64,000 bases of DNA from Coprothermobacter sp. (GTDB lineage: Bacteria; Caldisericota; Caldisericia; Cryosericales; Cryosericaceae), in the NCBI GenBank assembly GCA_013824685.1, contig PNOG01000008.1, forward strand, positions 41,455 to 105,454, given 5' to 3'. The translations under genes were made by a program, and so were the position numbers. The first letter of the stretch is position 1. The number at the start of each line of letters is the position of its first letter. The notes under the pieces were generated by a model that made no database searches, had not been told where the DNA came from, and saw only the letters and a list, made by a program, of their open reading frames with translations. Below, one piece after another: positions 56,873 through 64,000 of this stretch.

Positions 56873-58534
56873 ATGGCGACAGAGATGATCCGACTGCACA
56901 TAGAGGAGACCGGCGAAGACGTCCTATACCCGCGAGGGGTCCGTCTGGACTCGCTGGCAAAGGACTACGCAGCGTACCATACGTCACGCATCATGGCGGC
57001 ACGCGTCAACAATGACATCCGCGAGCTGTTCAAGACGTTGAACCACGACGCCACCGTCCGCTTCATCGACATGACGATGGAGGATGGCGCACGCATTTAC
57101 CAGCGTGGCCTCGTGTTCATTCTGTACGCTGCCGCACGCGACCTCTTTCCCGACCGGAGACTCCGCGTCCTTCATTCGCTGGGGCAGGGGCTCTTCTGCG
57201 ACTTCCGGGAGATACGCACGACTGATGACGAGGTTGTCCAAATCAAGCAGCGCATGTGTGAGCTCATCGATCAGGATCTGGAGTACCAGAAGCAGGAGCT
57301 CTACAAGTGGGACGCCCTGAAGCTGCTGGATGGCATGGGCATGCATGACAAGGCAGAGCTGCTGCGCTTCCGCAGCAAGTCCACAGTCAACATCTACTAC
57401 CTGGGCAAACACCCCAACTACTTCTACGGCTTCATGCCGCACAGCACCGGCGATACGCCGCTCTACGACCTCATCCCCTATCGCACCGGCATGGTGCTGG
57501 TCTTCCCCGGCATCACCAGCCCCAACACCCTGCCGGACTACGTGCCTCAGACCAAGCTGGCCGACATCTTCGGCGAGGCGGAGGAGTGGGGACGCATCAT
57601 CGGCGTCGAGACGGCGGGAGACCTCAACGATGTCGTGGCCGGCGGCCGCACTCGCGAGCTCATCATGGTCAGCGAGATGCTGCACGAGAAGAAGATCGCG
57701 CAGCTGGCCGACCGCGTTACGGTCTCGGGAGCACACCTGGTCCTCATCGCAGGTCCGTCCTCGTCAGGCAAGACAACATTCAGCAAACGTCTGGCTCTGC
57801 AGCTCAGGGTCAACGGCTTCGACCCGCACGCAGTCTCGCTCGATGACTACTTCATCGACCGCGACAAAAACCCCCTGGGGCCGGAGGGCAAGCCTGATTT
57901 CGAGTGCCTGGAGTCGCTCAATACGGAGAAGTTCAACGAAGACCTCAACCGCATTCTGGCCGGGGAGGCTGTCACGCTGCCAAGGTACAGCTTCAAGGCC
58001 GGAACCTCTTCCGACACTGGTGACACCATCGTTCCCAACGACCGCACGATCCTTGTCGTCGAGGGCATCCATGGCCTGAACCCAAAACTGACCTCCCAGA
58101 TACCGGACAGCGCGAAGTATCGCATCTATGTGTCAGCCCTCACCTTCCTCAACCTGGACGCCGACAACCGCATCCCGACTACCGATGTGCGCATCCTGCG
58201 GCGCATGGTACGTGACCACAACTTCCGCGGGTACTCCGCCCTGCAGACCCTGCAGATATGGCACTCTGTCCGCATGGGCGAGGAACGCCACATCTTCCCG
58301 TTCCAGGAAAACGCCGACGCCATGTTCAACTCGTCGCTCGTGTACGAGCTGGCCTTCCTCAAGAACTACGCCATGCAGCTGCTGCTGCAAATTGACAACA
58401 CCGTCCCCGAATACTCCGAGGCGCGCCGGCTGGTCCGCTTCCTGGACTACTTCCTGCCCGTGATGGACATCGACGTCATCCCCAGTACGTCCATCATCCG
58501 CGAGTTCATTGGCAACAGCTTCTTCAACTACTAG
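56873..58534 (+). CDS. Uridine-kinase/nucleoside-kinase family protein with an N-terminal TGS/ThrRS-like extension
   Basis: P-loop IAGPSSSGKTTFSKRLA and SLDDYF. This is the 553-aa two-module layout. AGGAGG lies upstream. Confidence 0.65.
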   Translation: MATEMIRLHIEETGEDVLYPRGVRLDSLAKDYAAYHTSRIMAARVNNDIRELFKTLNHDATVRFIDMTMEDGARIYQRGLVFILYAAARDLFPDRRLRVLHSLGQGLFCDFREIRTTDDEVVQIKQRMCELIDQDLEYQKQELYKWDALKLLDGMGMHDKAELLRFRSKSTVNIYYLGKHPNYFYGFMPHSTGDTPLYDLIPYRTGMVLVFPGITSPNTLPDYVPQTKLADIFGEAEEWGRIIGVETAGDLNDVVAGGRTRELIMVSEMLHEKKIAQLADRVTVSGAHLVLIAGPSSSGKTTFSKRLALQLRVNGFDPHAVSLDDYFIDRDKNPLGPEGKPDFECLESLNTEKFNEDLNRILAGEAVTLPRYSFKAGTSSDTGDTIVPNDRTILVVEGIHGLNPKLTSQIPDSAKYRIYVSALTFLNLDADNRIPTTDVRILRRMVRDHNFRGYSALQTLQIWHSVRMGEERHIFPFQENADAMFNSSLVYELAFLKNYAMQLLLQIDNTVPEYSEARRLVRFLDYFLPVMDIDVIPSTSIIREFIGNSFFNY

Positions 58535-58546
58535 GCAGAGGCACAT

Positions 58547-59377
58547 ATGCATACGGACCGAATCATGCAACTGGCACTGGACATGGCGGGACTCACGGAG
58601 GTCCCGGAGGACACGCAGGTGTATGTGCCCGGCGAGATCACGAAGGCGCTGGTGTGCATCGACGCCGACACCGGTCTGCTGAGCATCGCCCGCGACCTGG
58701 GGTACGACGGTGTCATCGTGCATCACCCACAGGGAGGCGACGCCATGCTGAACCTGCACCTCGTCATGAACCGGCAACTGCAAACCCTCAGGAAAGCAGG
58801 CGTACCAGAGGACGAGGCGCGCGAAGCCCTGAAACCTCGCCAGTTCGGTGTCGAGCGGAACAACCACATGCGCAACTGGGACTATATGCCCAGCGTCGCC
58901 CGCCTGATGGGGATGCCGTTCATGAACGTCCACTATCCCTGCGACCTCATGATGGAACGCATCGTGGACACCCACGTTCAGCGGCGCCTGGGCGAGACTG
59001 GTTCTGCTGCGACCGTACAGGACCTGACGAACATCCTGCTCGAACTCCCAGAGTACGCGCACGCCAGGACGCGTCCGGCGATTGTCGTGGGGGACCCCGG
59101 TGCGTCGGCCGGCAAGGTCGTCACTGCCTTCGCAGGTGGCACCAACGGTGGCGCTTCCGTCGTGGAGACGTACTGGCGCCACGGCGTCGGGACCGTGATG
59201 ACCCTGCACATGGAAGTCGCCGACATCCTGAAGCTGCGGCAGTCGGAGGTCAAAGGGAGACTCGTCGTCGCCGGGCACATGGCCTGCGATTCCGTGGGAC
59301 TCAATGCGCTCATCCGGGTTCTGCGGGCAGGTGGGCTCGATCTGACGCCAATGGGCGGCATCGTGCCGGGGGTGTGA
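58547..59377 (+). CDS. NIF3-like (dinuclear metal centre) family protein
   Basis: Metal-ligand-like motifs VIVHHPQGG, NVHYPCD and VAGHMACDSVGLN, in the order seen in NIF3/YbgI proteins. Confidence 0.5.
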   Translation: MHTDRIMQLALDMAGLTEVPEDTQVYVPGEITKALVCIDADTGLLSIARDLGYDGVIVHHPQGGDAMLNLHLVMNRQLQTLRKAGVPEDEAREALKPRQFGVERNNHMRNWDYMPSVARLMGMPFMNVHYPCDLMMERIVDTHVQRRLGETGSAATVQDLTNILLELPEYAHARTRPAIVVGDPGASAGKVVTAFAGGTNGGASVVETYWRHGVGTVMTLHMEVADILKLRQSEVKGRLVVAGHMACDSVGLNALIRVLRAGGLDLTPMGGIVPGV

Positions 59378-59388
59378 AGACGACGATG

Positions 59389-59418
59389 TTGATACCTGCT
59401 TCACTTGTTTCTTAGAAT
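59389..59418 (+). promoter_or_regulatory. Putative promoter upstream of the FTR1 permease gene
   Basis: TTGATA, 18 nt, TAGAAT. Confidence 0.3.
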
Positions 59419-59475
59419 AGCTATATATACTTTCTTGCTGAGTGCCTGTTGTGGCCCGGCAGGAAAGGGTGAGAT

Positions 59476-60294
59476 ATGCTGAATACGTTCATTATAGCGC
59501 TTCGCGAGGGAGTAGAGATAGCGGTGGTGCTGGCCATCATTCTGGCCTACCTGCATCAATTGGGCGCCGGCCGTTCTGCAAGCAAGGTATGGCTGGGGAC
59601 AGCGGCGGCGGCGATTGTCAGTGTTGCGGCAGCAGTCGGCATCTTCGCCGTCCTGCACACGACGGAAGTTGAACGCTTCCAGGCCCCTCTCGAGGGAAGC
59701 CTGAAGTTCCTGGCGGTCATCATCCTGACGTGGATGACCCTGTGGATGAAGCGAGAGTCGGGGGCGATCGGCTCCGGCCTTCGGCAACGCGTCCTGCATG
59801 CCGTCAGCGACGGTTCTGTGTGGATGCTCGCCTCGCTCGCGTTCATCTCTGTGATCCGGGAAGGTATCGAGACGGTCCTCTTTGTCGTCGGCTCCACACA
59901 GCAGGCCAGTCCAGCTGCAACCATCAGTGGCGCCGTGCTCGGCTTCGCCGTCGCCGCCGTGCTTGGTGGAATCGTGTACGGCGGGAGCAGGCAGTTGGCT
60001 CTCAAACCGTTCTTCACCGTCACGAGTGTCCTCCTCATCGTCATGGCCGCCGGTCTCCTGGTTGGAGGTGTTGGTGAGTTCCAGGGCCTTGGCCTGCTTC
60101 CGACAGGAGTCGCCCCTCTCTGGTCCACGCGGACCCTGCTGAGTGACACAAGTATCATCGGTGGCCTGCTGAGCTCTATCTTCGGATATACTGACAGCCC
60201 CAATCTCGTGCAGGTCGTCGCATGGATTGCCTATCTGGTTGGAGCACTGTGGGCCTACTTTCGTCCGGCAACGTCAGCATCGGTCACTGGATGA
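59476..60294 (+). CDS. FTR1/EfeU-family high-affinity iron permease
   Basis: Two REXXE motifs (ALREGVEIAV, VIREGIETVL) in a 7-TM protein. Confidence 0.85.
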   Translation: MLNTFIIALREGVEIAVVLAIILAYLHQLGAGRSASKVWLGTAAAAIVSVAAAVGIFAVLHTTEVERFQAPLEGSLKFLAVIILTWMTLWMKRESGAIGSGLRQRVLHAVSDGSVWMLASLAFISVIREGIETVLFVVGSTQQASPAATISGAVLGFAVAAVLGGIVYGGSRQLALKPFFTVTSVLLIVMAAGLLVGGVGEFQGLGLLPTGVAPLWSTRTLLSDTSIIGGLLSSIFGYTDSPNLVQVVAWIAYLVGALWAYFRPATSASVTG

Positions 60295-61072
60295 CCACCC
60301 CCTGGTCAGTTGTCTCGATGGGAGGCAGCCACTCGAGTGGATTGGTCGGCTCACCATCCTGGCGCACTTCGAAGTGCAGGTGAGGGCCAGTGCTGAAGCC
60401 CGTGTTGCCCGTATACCCGAGGAGCTGTCCTTTCTTGACGCATTGGTAGGGCTGGACCACAAACTTCCACAAGTGACCGTACACCGTGGCAATGCCTTCA
60501 CCGTGCAGGACGACGACCATGTTGCCATAGGTGGTCTTGCTGCCGATGTATAGGACGACTCCATCAGCGGCCGCAAGGATGGGCGAGCCATAGTGAGAGC
60601 GCAGGTCGACGCCCCGGTGAAACGCCTCTTCACCGATGATGGGGTGCATGCGTTCGCCATAGGGCGACGTGACCTTCATAGGTCCCGTCAGCGGCCATGC
60701 CAGCTCTGCCACGGGGTGGAGTTGAGCGGCGACCGCTGGGTCGCATCCCGCGATGACCGACCGAACCAGTTGGTCCTCACGGTCGCCCTGACGTGCCATG
60801 GCTTCGTGGTCACCTGCCTCGACCGCAGCCACATCTCCTGCCTCTTCAGCCTCGGCCACCCGCAGCATGCTTTCCTGCCGTGCCACCTGGGCACTATAAG
60901 CGATGTCGGCCTCCTGCCACAGGAGTTGCTGTCTGGCCCGCCAGACGTCCGCCGACTGCACGTAGGCAACCGCGTGGCGCTCGTCGGCACGGTCACGGCT
61001 GAACCCGACCGAAACGACGACTGCCGCTGCAACTGCTATTACCAGCAGGATCCATCCCACTGCCTTGCGCAT
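60284..61072 (-). CDS. M23-family metallopeptidase (membrane-anchored)
   Basis: HRGVDL and GNTGFSTGPHLHFEV motifs. N-terminal TM WILLVIAVAAAVVV. Start at ATG 61072, with an alternative GTG at 61093. Confidence 0.85.
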   Translation of the reverse strand: MRKAVGWILLVIAVAAAVVVSVGFSRDRADERHAVAYVQSADVWRARQQLLWQEADIAYSAQVARQESMLRVAEAEEAGDVAAVEAGDHEAMARQGDREDQLVRSVIAGCDPAVAAQLHPVAELAWPLTGPMKVTSPYGERMHPIIGEEAFHRGVDLRSHYGSPILAAADGVVLYIGSKTTYGNMVVVLHGEGIATVYGHLWKFVVQPYQCVKKGQLLGYTGNTGFSTGPHLHFEVRQDGEPTNPLEWLPPIETTDQGVVIQ

Positions 61073-61172
61073 GTTCACTCTCTGGACCTCCACGTTCGCG
61101 GCACCCAGTCATCTGGGCCTAGTCTTTTAGTATATGGCCCTCGCCGGCCTGGGCAACGGCAATAAGGTTAAG

Positions 61173-61382
61173 GATGGATTCCCGCATGCGCGGGAATGAC
61201 AGATCAGAGGTCGGTCGGTTCTTGTCGTCCCCGCGAAGGCGGGGACCCACATGATGATGCAATGATGGATTCCCGCATACGCGGGAATGACAGATCAGAG
61301 GTCGGTCGGTTCTTGTCGTCCCCGCGAAGGCGGGGACCCACATGATGATGCAATGATGGATTCCCGCATGCGCGGGAATGAC
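61173..61382. repeat. Tandem array (2 full copies plus one 28-bp partial copy) of a 91-bp unit carrying two perfect 8-bp-stem hairpins
   Basis: Period 91 bp (copies start at 61173, 61264 and 61355). Hairpin A is attcccgc-atRc-gcgggaat and hairpin B is gtccccgc-gaag-gcggggac. The two full copies differ at one loop base only. Confidence 0.9.
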
Positions 61383-61390
61383 GATGCGTC

Positions 61391-62806
61391 CTACTGCTTT
61401 GCCGGAAGGTCCCGCTGCGCCGCCAGAGCGCGGTCAATCTCCTGCAGGATGTGCTTGGCGCTGCGCCAATCCAGCATCAGGACGGGCAGGTCCCTCTTGT
61501 GGGCCTCGTTGATCACCTTCCCCGAGAAGGAATGGCTGATGTACGAGGTCAGGACGACCACGAGGCGGGTCGTGGCAAGAACTGCGGGGTCGAGGTCTTC
61601 CTTGCCGTTCGTAGCGATACAGACACTGTTGGGAAGCCATGTCTGCAGGTTCCGGGACAGCGTCTCATGCCCACCGGCAACCAGGACCCGCTCGGTGAGG
61701 GAGCGCACGGTGTACTGCACTTCAGCCTCAGACTCGTCACGCGCCGAGAGAATACCCAGCAGCCGCGAGATCTCAGCCTCGCGTGCGCTCAGCCGGTCGC
61801 GTGCCCGATCCAGCTCACCGGTCAGGCGGTGCGACTCGCGCAGTTGCACCGCAAGATCCGCGCGTGCCCTGCGCAGTTCTACGCCGTCTTCCGGGGAGCC
61901 GACCGATGGACTCGGCCCGTACATAGTCGGTGACTTTGTCACCGGTATCTGTCTCAAAGCAAAGAGTCCAGCGAGCATGCTGACGGCTGTCCCATCGTCG
62001 AGTCCGGTATCGGCTCCAGCAAGCAGAAAGGCGGCTTGCCAGACGTCGCCCGGTCCTGGAGAGACAGCCTGGTCCATCTGTGCTATCTGCCTGAGAAGGT
62101 CACGAGCGGCGCTCAGGCGCGCAGCCAGCTCCCGGTCTCCAGAGTCCCCACTCGTCGCCCGCCACCACAGCTCGTCATACCTCAAAGCGGCATCATAGCG
62201 GGACTGGCTTTCCGTATCGATCTCCGCCGCTGCCAGGGTCAGGCGGTGCAGCGCCTTGACGAGCGAATGATCCAAAGCCTCACGCAACGGGGTCTCCGCC
62301 ACCGGGACACCGCAGACGCCAGCGTACCATACCAGTACCACCAGTTCCACATCGGGTTCTTGCTGCTGTTCCCTCGGATGCATTGCTCTGAACCGCTCCA
62401 GGCTGATACTCTCGCCGGCGCTGACCGTCTGCCACGCGCGGCGCCAGCCATCGCGCATGATCTCACCCAGGCAGGACCGCGCCCGCTGGTCGTGCTGTGC
62501 CGCCACCGCCACACCGACCAGCCTGCACGCATACGGTGCGTCTTCCATGGACAGCGTGATCAGCGCCGGATGACGCACGAGCATACTGCTTGCGATCTGC
62601 GCGTCCCACGTGGGGTCAGCCAGCCGCAGCGCGTCATCGATATGCCGATGCAGATGTGCATTCGCTGCACACGCCGCAAGCGCAAACGGAGTGAAATCGG
62701 GCTGGATGGCAGGATGTACAGACGGGATGACGGGACCGGGGTGCTGTCCGCCAGCTAGTTGACCTTTCAGTACCTGCGCCAGTCGTGCCTTCTCGTTCTC
62801 ATCCAT
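61391..62806 (-). CDS. Hypothetical protein with a coiled-coil region and a C-terminal DUF2325-like domain
   Basis: GGGAGG lies upstream of ATG 62806. C-terminus RVLVAGGHETL...ATTRLVVVLTSYISHSFSGKVINEAHKRDLPVLML resembles DUF2325, from memory. Confidence 0.55.
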   Translation of the reverse strand: MDENEKARLAQVLKGQLAGGQHPGPVIPSVHPAIQPDFTPFALAACAANAHLHRHIDDALRLADPTWDAQIASSMLVRHPALITLSMEDAPYACRLVGVAVAAQHDQRARSCLGEIMRDGWRRAWQTVSAGESISLERFRAMHPREQQQEPDVELVVLVWYAGVCGVPVAETPLREALDHSLVKALHRLTLAAAEIDTESQSRYDAALRYDELWWRATSGDSGDRELAARLSAARDLLRQIAQMDQAVSPGPGDVWQAAFLLAGADTGLDDGTAVSMLAGLFALRQIPVTKSPTMYGPSPSVGSPEDGVELRRARADLAVQLRESHRLTGELDRARDRLSAREAEISRLLGILSARDESEAEVQYTVRSLTERVLVAGGHETLSRNLQTWLPNSVCIATNGKEDLDPAVLATTRLVVVLTSYISHSFSGKVINEAHKRDLPVLMLDWRSAKHILQEIDRALAAQRDLPAKQ

Positions 62807-62913
62807 CGCTCACCTCCCGCAATGGATAGTATATTGCCGGCTACGGCATTGTCACGACGCAAGCATCAACATCCTGGGAGCCTGCAGGAGGTGTACATCA
62901 GTTCGGGTGATTC

Positions 62914-64000
62914 CTACAGCTGGATCTCCTCCGGCCAGGGATCGTGCAGACAGACGCTCCAGATACGGTCGACGGCCCGAAGGGCGACCTCGTTCTGCAG
63001 CAGGTGGATCCAGAACGCGCCTCGTTCCGTGAGCCACAACCGGCCGGCCTCTTCGCGGACCATGCCGAGCGCCCGCGCCTTGGCCAGTAGCAGCCACAAT
63101 TTGCCTGCATCAGCGCGAAAGTGGTCCCGCAGTTGCGCGATGTCCATGCTGGAGTCATATAGGCGCCAGTAGAGCCAGAACGACCGTTCCATGGCCGGCG
63201 TAAAAGGCATGGACAGTGCCACCGGAGAGCGGCCTGCAGCGCACGCCGCCGTGTACTCCGACACGGAGAACGTGTTGAACCAGGACAACCCGTTAATGTG
63301 CGACCCGGAGCCCGCCCCGAAGCCGAGGTACTCGTCCCGTGTGACCGAGGAATACCGCGGACCCTGACCCTTCTGGAACCCCCAGACGGATACGCGCCGA
63401 TAGCCGTGGCCCTCGAGGAACGTATGCATCGCATGATACATGGCGCGCCGCTCACGCGTTGGTGGCATGCGCAGCTCGGGCAGGCCCTGCGAACGCCCAG
63501 CCGTCGAATAGGGGAACGAGAACAAGGGGTAGCAGGTCACCTGGTCCACGCCCAGCTGTGTCACGAGTTCCAGGTCGTGCAGGAAATTCTGGACTGTCTG
63601 CCCGGGGAGGCAGAACATCAGGTCGACATTCAGGGACTGGAACCCTCCGGCCTGCGCTACCCTCACCGCCGCGCGCGCTGCTTCACTGCTGTATGTCCGG
63701 CCGATCGCTCGCAGGAGACGATCGTTGAAGCTCTGCACGCCCAGACTGAGGACGTCGACGCCAAGGGCACGCAGACGCGTCACTGCATCCGGTGTGATGT
63801 CGCCGACGGTCGTCTCCAGGGCAACCTCGCCCGTGATGTCGAAGACCCTGTGGAAGCCCTCCAGCACCGGCCCAAGCTGGTTCATCATGGTTGTGGGCGT
63901 GCCGCCGCCAATGTAGAGAGACGATGCCTGGATGTTGTGCTCACCGCCCGCGTACCTGGCCAGTTCCGCGAGAACCGCCTGCGCATAGGGTTCCGCCAGA
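62914..64000 (-). CDS. HemN/HemW-like radical SAM protein (oxygen-independent coproporphyrinogen III oxidase family), 5' end beyond the window
   Basis: The frame stays open to the window edge (...SSLYIGGGTPTTMM...). LGVQSFNDRLLRAIGRTYS and NVDLMFCLPGQT are family motifs. Confidence 0.75.
   Translation of the reverse strand, partial: LAEPYAQAVLAELARYAGGEHNIQASSLYIGGGTPTTMMNQLGPVLEGFHRVFDITGEVALETTVGDITPDAVTRLRALGVDVLSLGVQSFNDRLLRAIGRTYSSEAARAAVRVAQAGGFQSLNVDLMFCLPGQTVQNFLHDLELVTQLGVDQVTCYPLFSFPYSTAGRSQGLPELRMPPTRERRAMYHAMHTFLEGHGYRRVSVWGFQKGQGPRYSSVTRDEYLGFGAGSGSHINGLSWFNTFSVSEYTAACAAGRSPVALSMPFTPAMERSFWLYWRLYDSSMDIAQLRDHFRADAGKLWLLLAKARALGMVREEAGRLWLTERGAFWIHLLQNEVALRAVDRIWSVCLHDPWPEEIQL

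Noticed and set aside
58133-59404. 423-aa antisense ORF opposite the kinase and NIF3-like genes
   Set aside because: A shadow ORF spanning two real genes on the other strand. It has no motifs.
61173-61382. Possible CRISPR array, given regularly spaced palindromic repeats
   Set aside because: The sequences between the hairpins are identical from unit to unit, so there are no unique spacers. The period is 91 bp, there are only about 2.3 units, and there are no cas genes. It is a tandem REP-like repeat.
61119-61437. ORFs of 74 and 77 aa (…SFPRMRESI…, …RLRGDDKNRPTSDL…) and the start of the 303-aa ORF at 61287
   Set aside because: They are translations of the repeat array itself. The peptide repeats mirror the DNA repeats, and no SD is present.

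Overview
A 64 kb high-G+C bacterial chromosomal segment with about 52 protein-coding genes on both strands. I found no rRNA, tRNA, CRISPR array, integrase or transposase. Gene starts were refined by eye using Shine-Dalgarno (SD) motifs (GGAGG-like) and the frequent ATGA, GTGA and TGATG stop/start overlaps.

Content from left to right:
- livG/livF ABC ATPases, class I aldolase, a TPR protein, an MBL hydrolase and an MFS transporter.
- A giant secreted FN3-repeat protein, then lpdA.
- A MoxR-DUF58-transglutaminase operon, then an NfnAB-like pair.
- Two PAP2 proteins, a methyltransferase, a CBS protein, a ThrC-like enzyme, an MFS transporter and enolase.
- Two tandem EamA paralogues and a UPF0182 protein.
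- A two-gene surface operon: an S8 protease carrying cohesin and dockerin, and an NHL-repeat protein carrying cohesin and a copper-amine-oxidase-N-like anchor.
- A tungstate/molybdenum-cofactor cluster (SLH-TupA fusion, tupBC, moeA, moaA, moaC, MOSC, mog), preceded by a candidate Moco/Tuco riboswitch.
- A compositionally deviant, visibly lower-G+C accessory stretch at about 43.6-52.9 kb. It holds a two-gene membrane module, YihY, a single-chain type IIG restriction-modification enzyme, a translationally coupled orphan gene and a HigB/HigA-like toxin-antitoxin pair.
- PhzF, GNAT and a B12-binding radical SAM gene interrupted by one in-frame TAA.
- A uridine-kinase-like protein, a NIF3-like protein, an FTR1 permease and an M23 peptidase.
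- A 91-bp tandem double-hairpin repeat array with dispersed relatives elsewhere in the window.
- A DUF2325-like protein and a partial HemN/HemW-like radical SAM gene.

The best candidates for something undescribed are the orphan gene coupled to the type IIG enzyme, the low-G+C membrane module, the tri-domain SLH-TupA fusion, the cohesin/dockerin surface protease operon and the REP-like repeat family. All functional calls come from motif recognition by eye. No database search was run.
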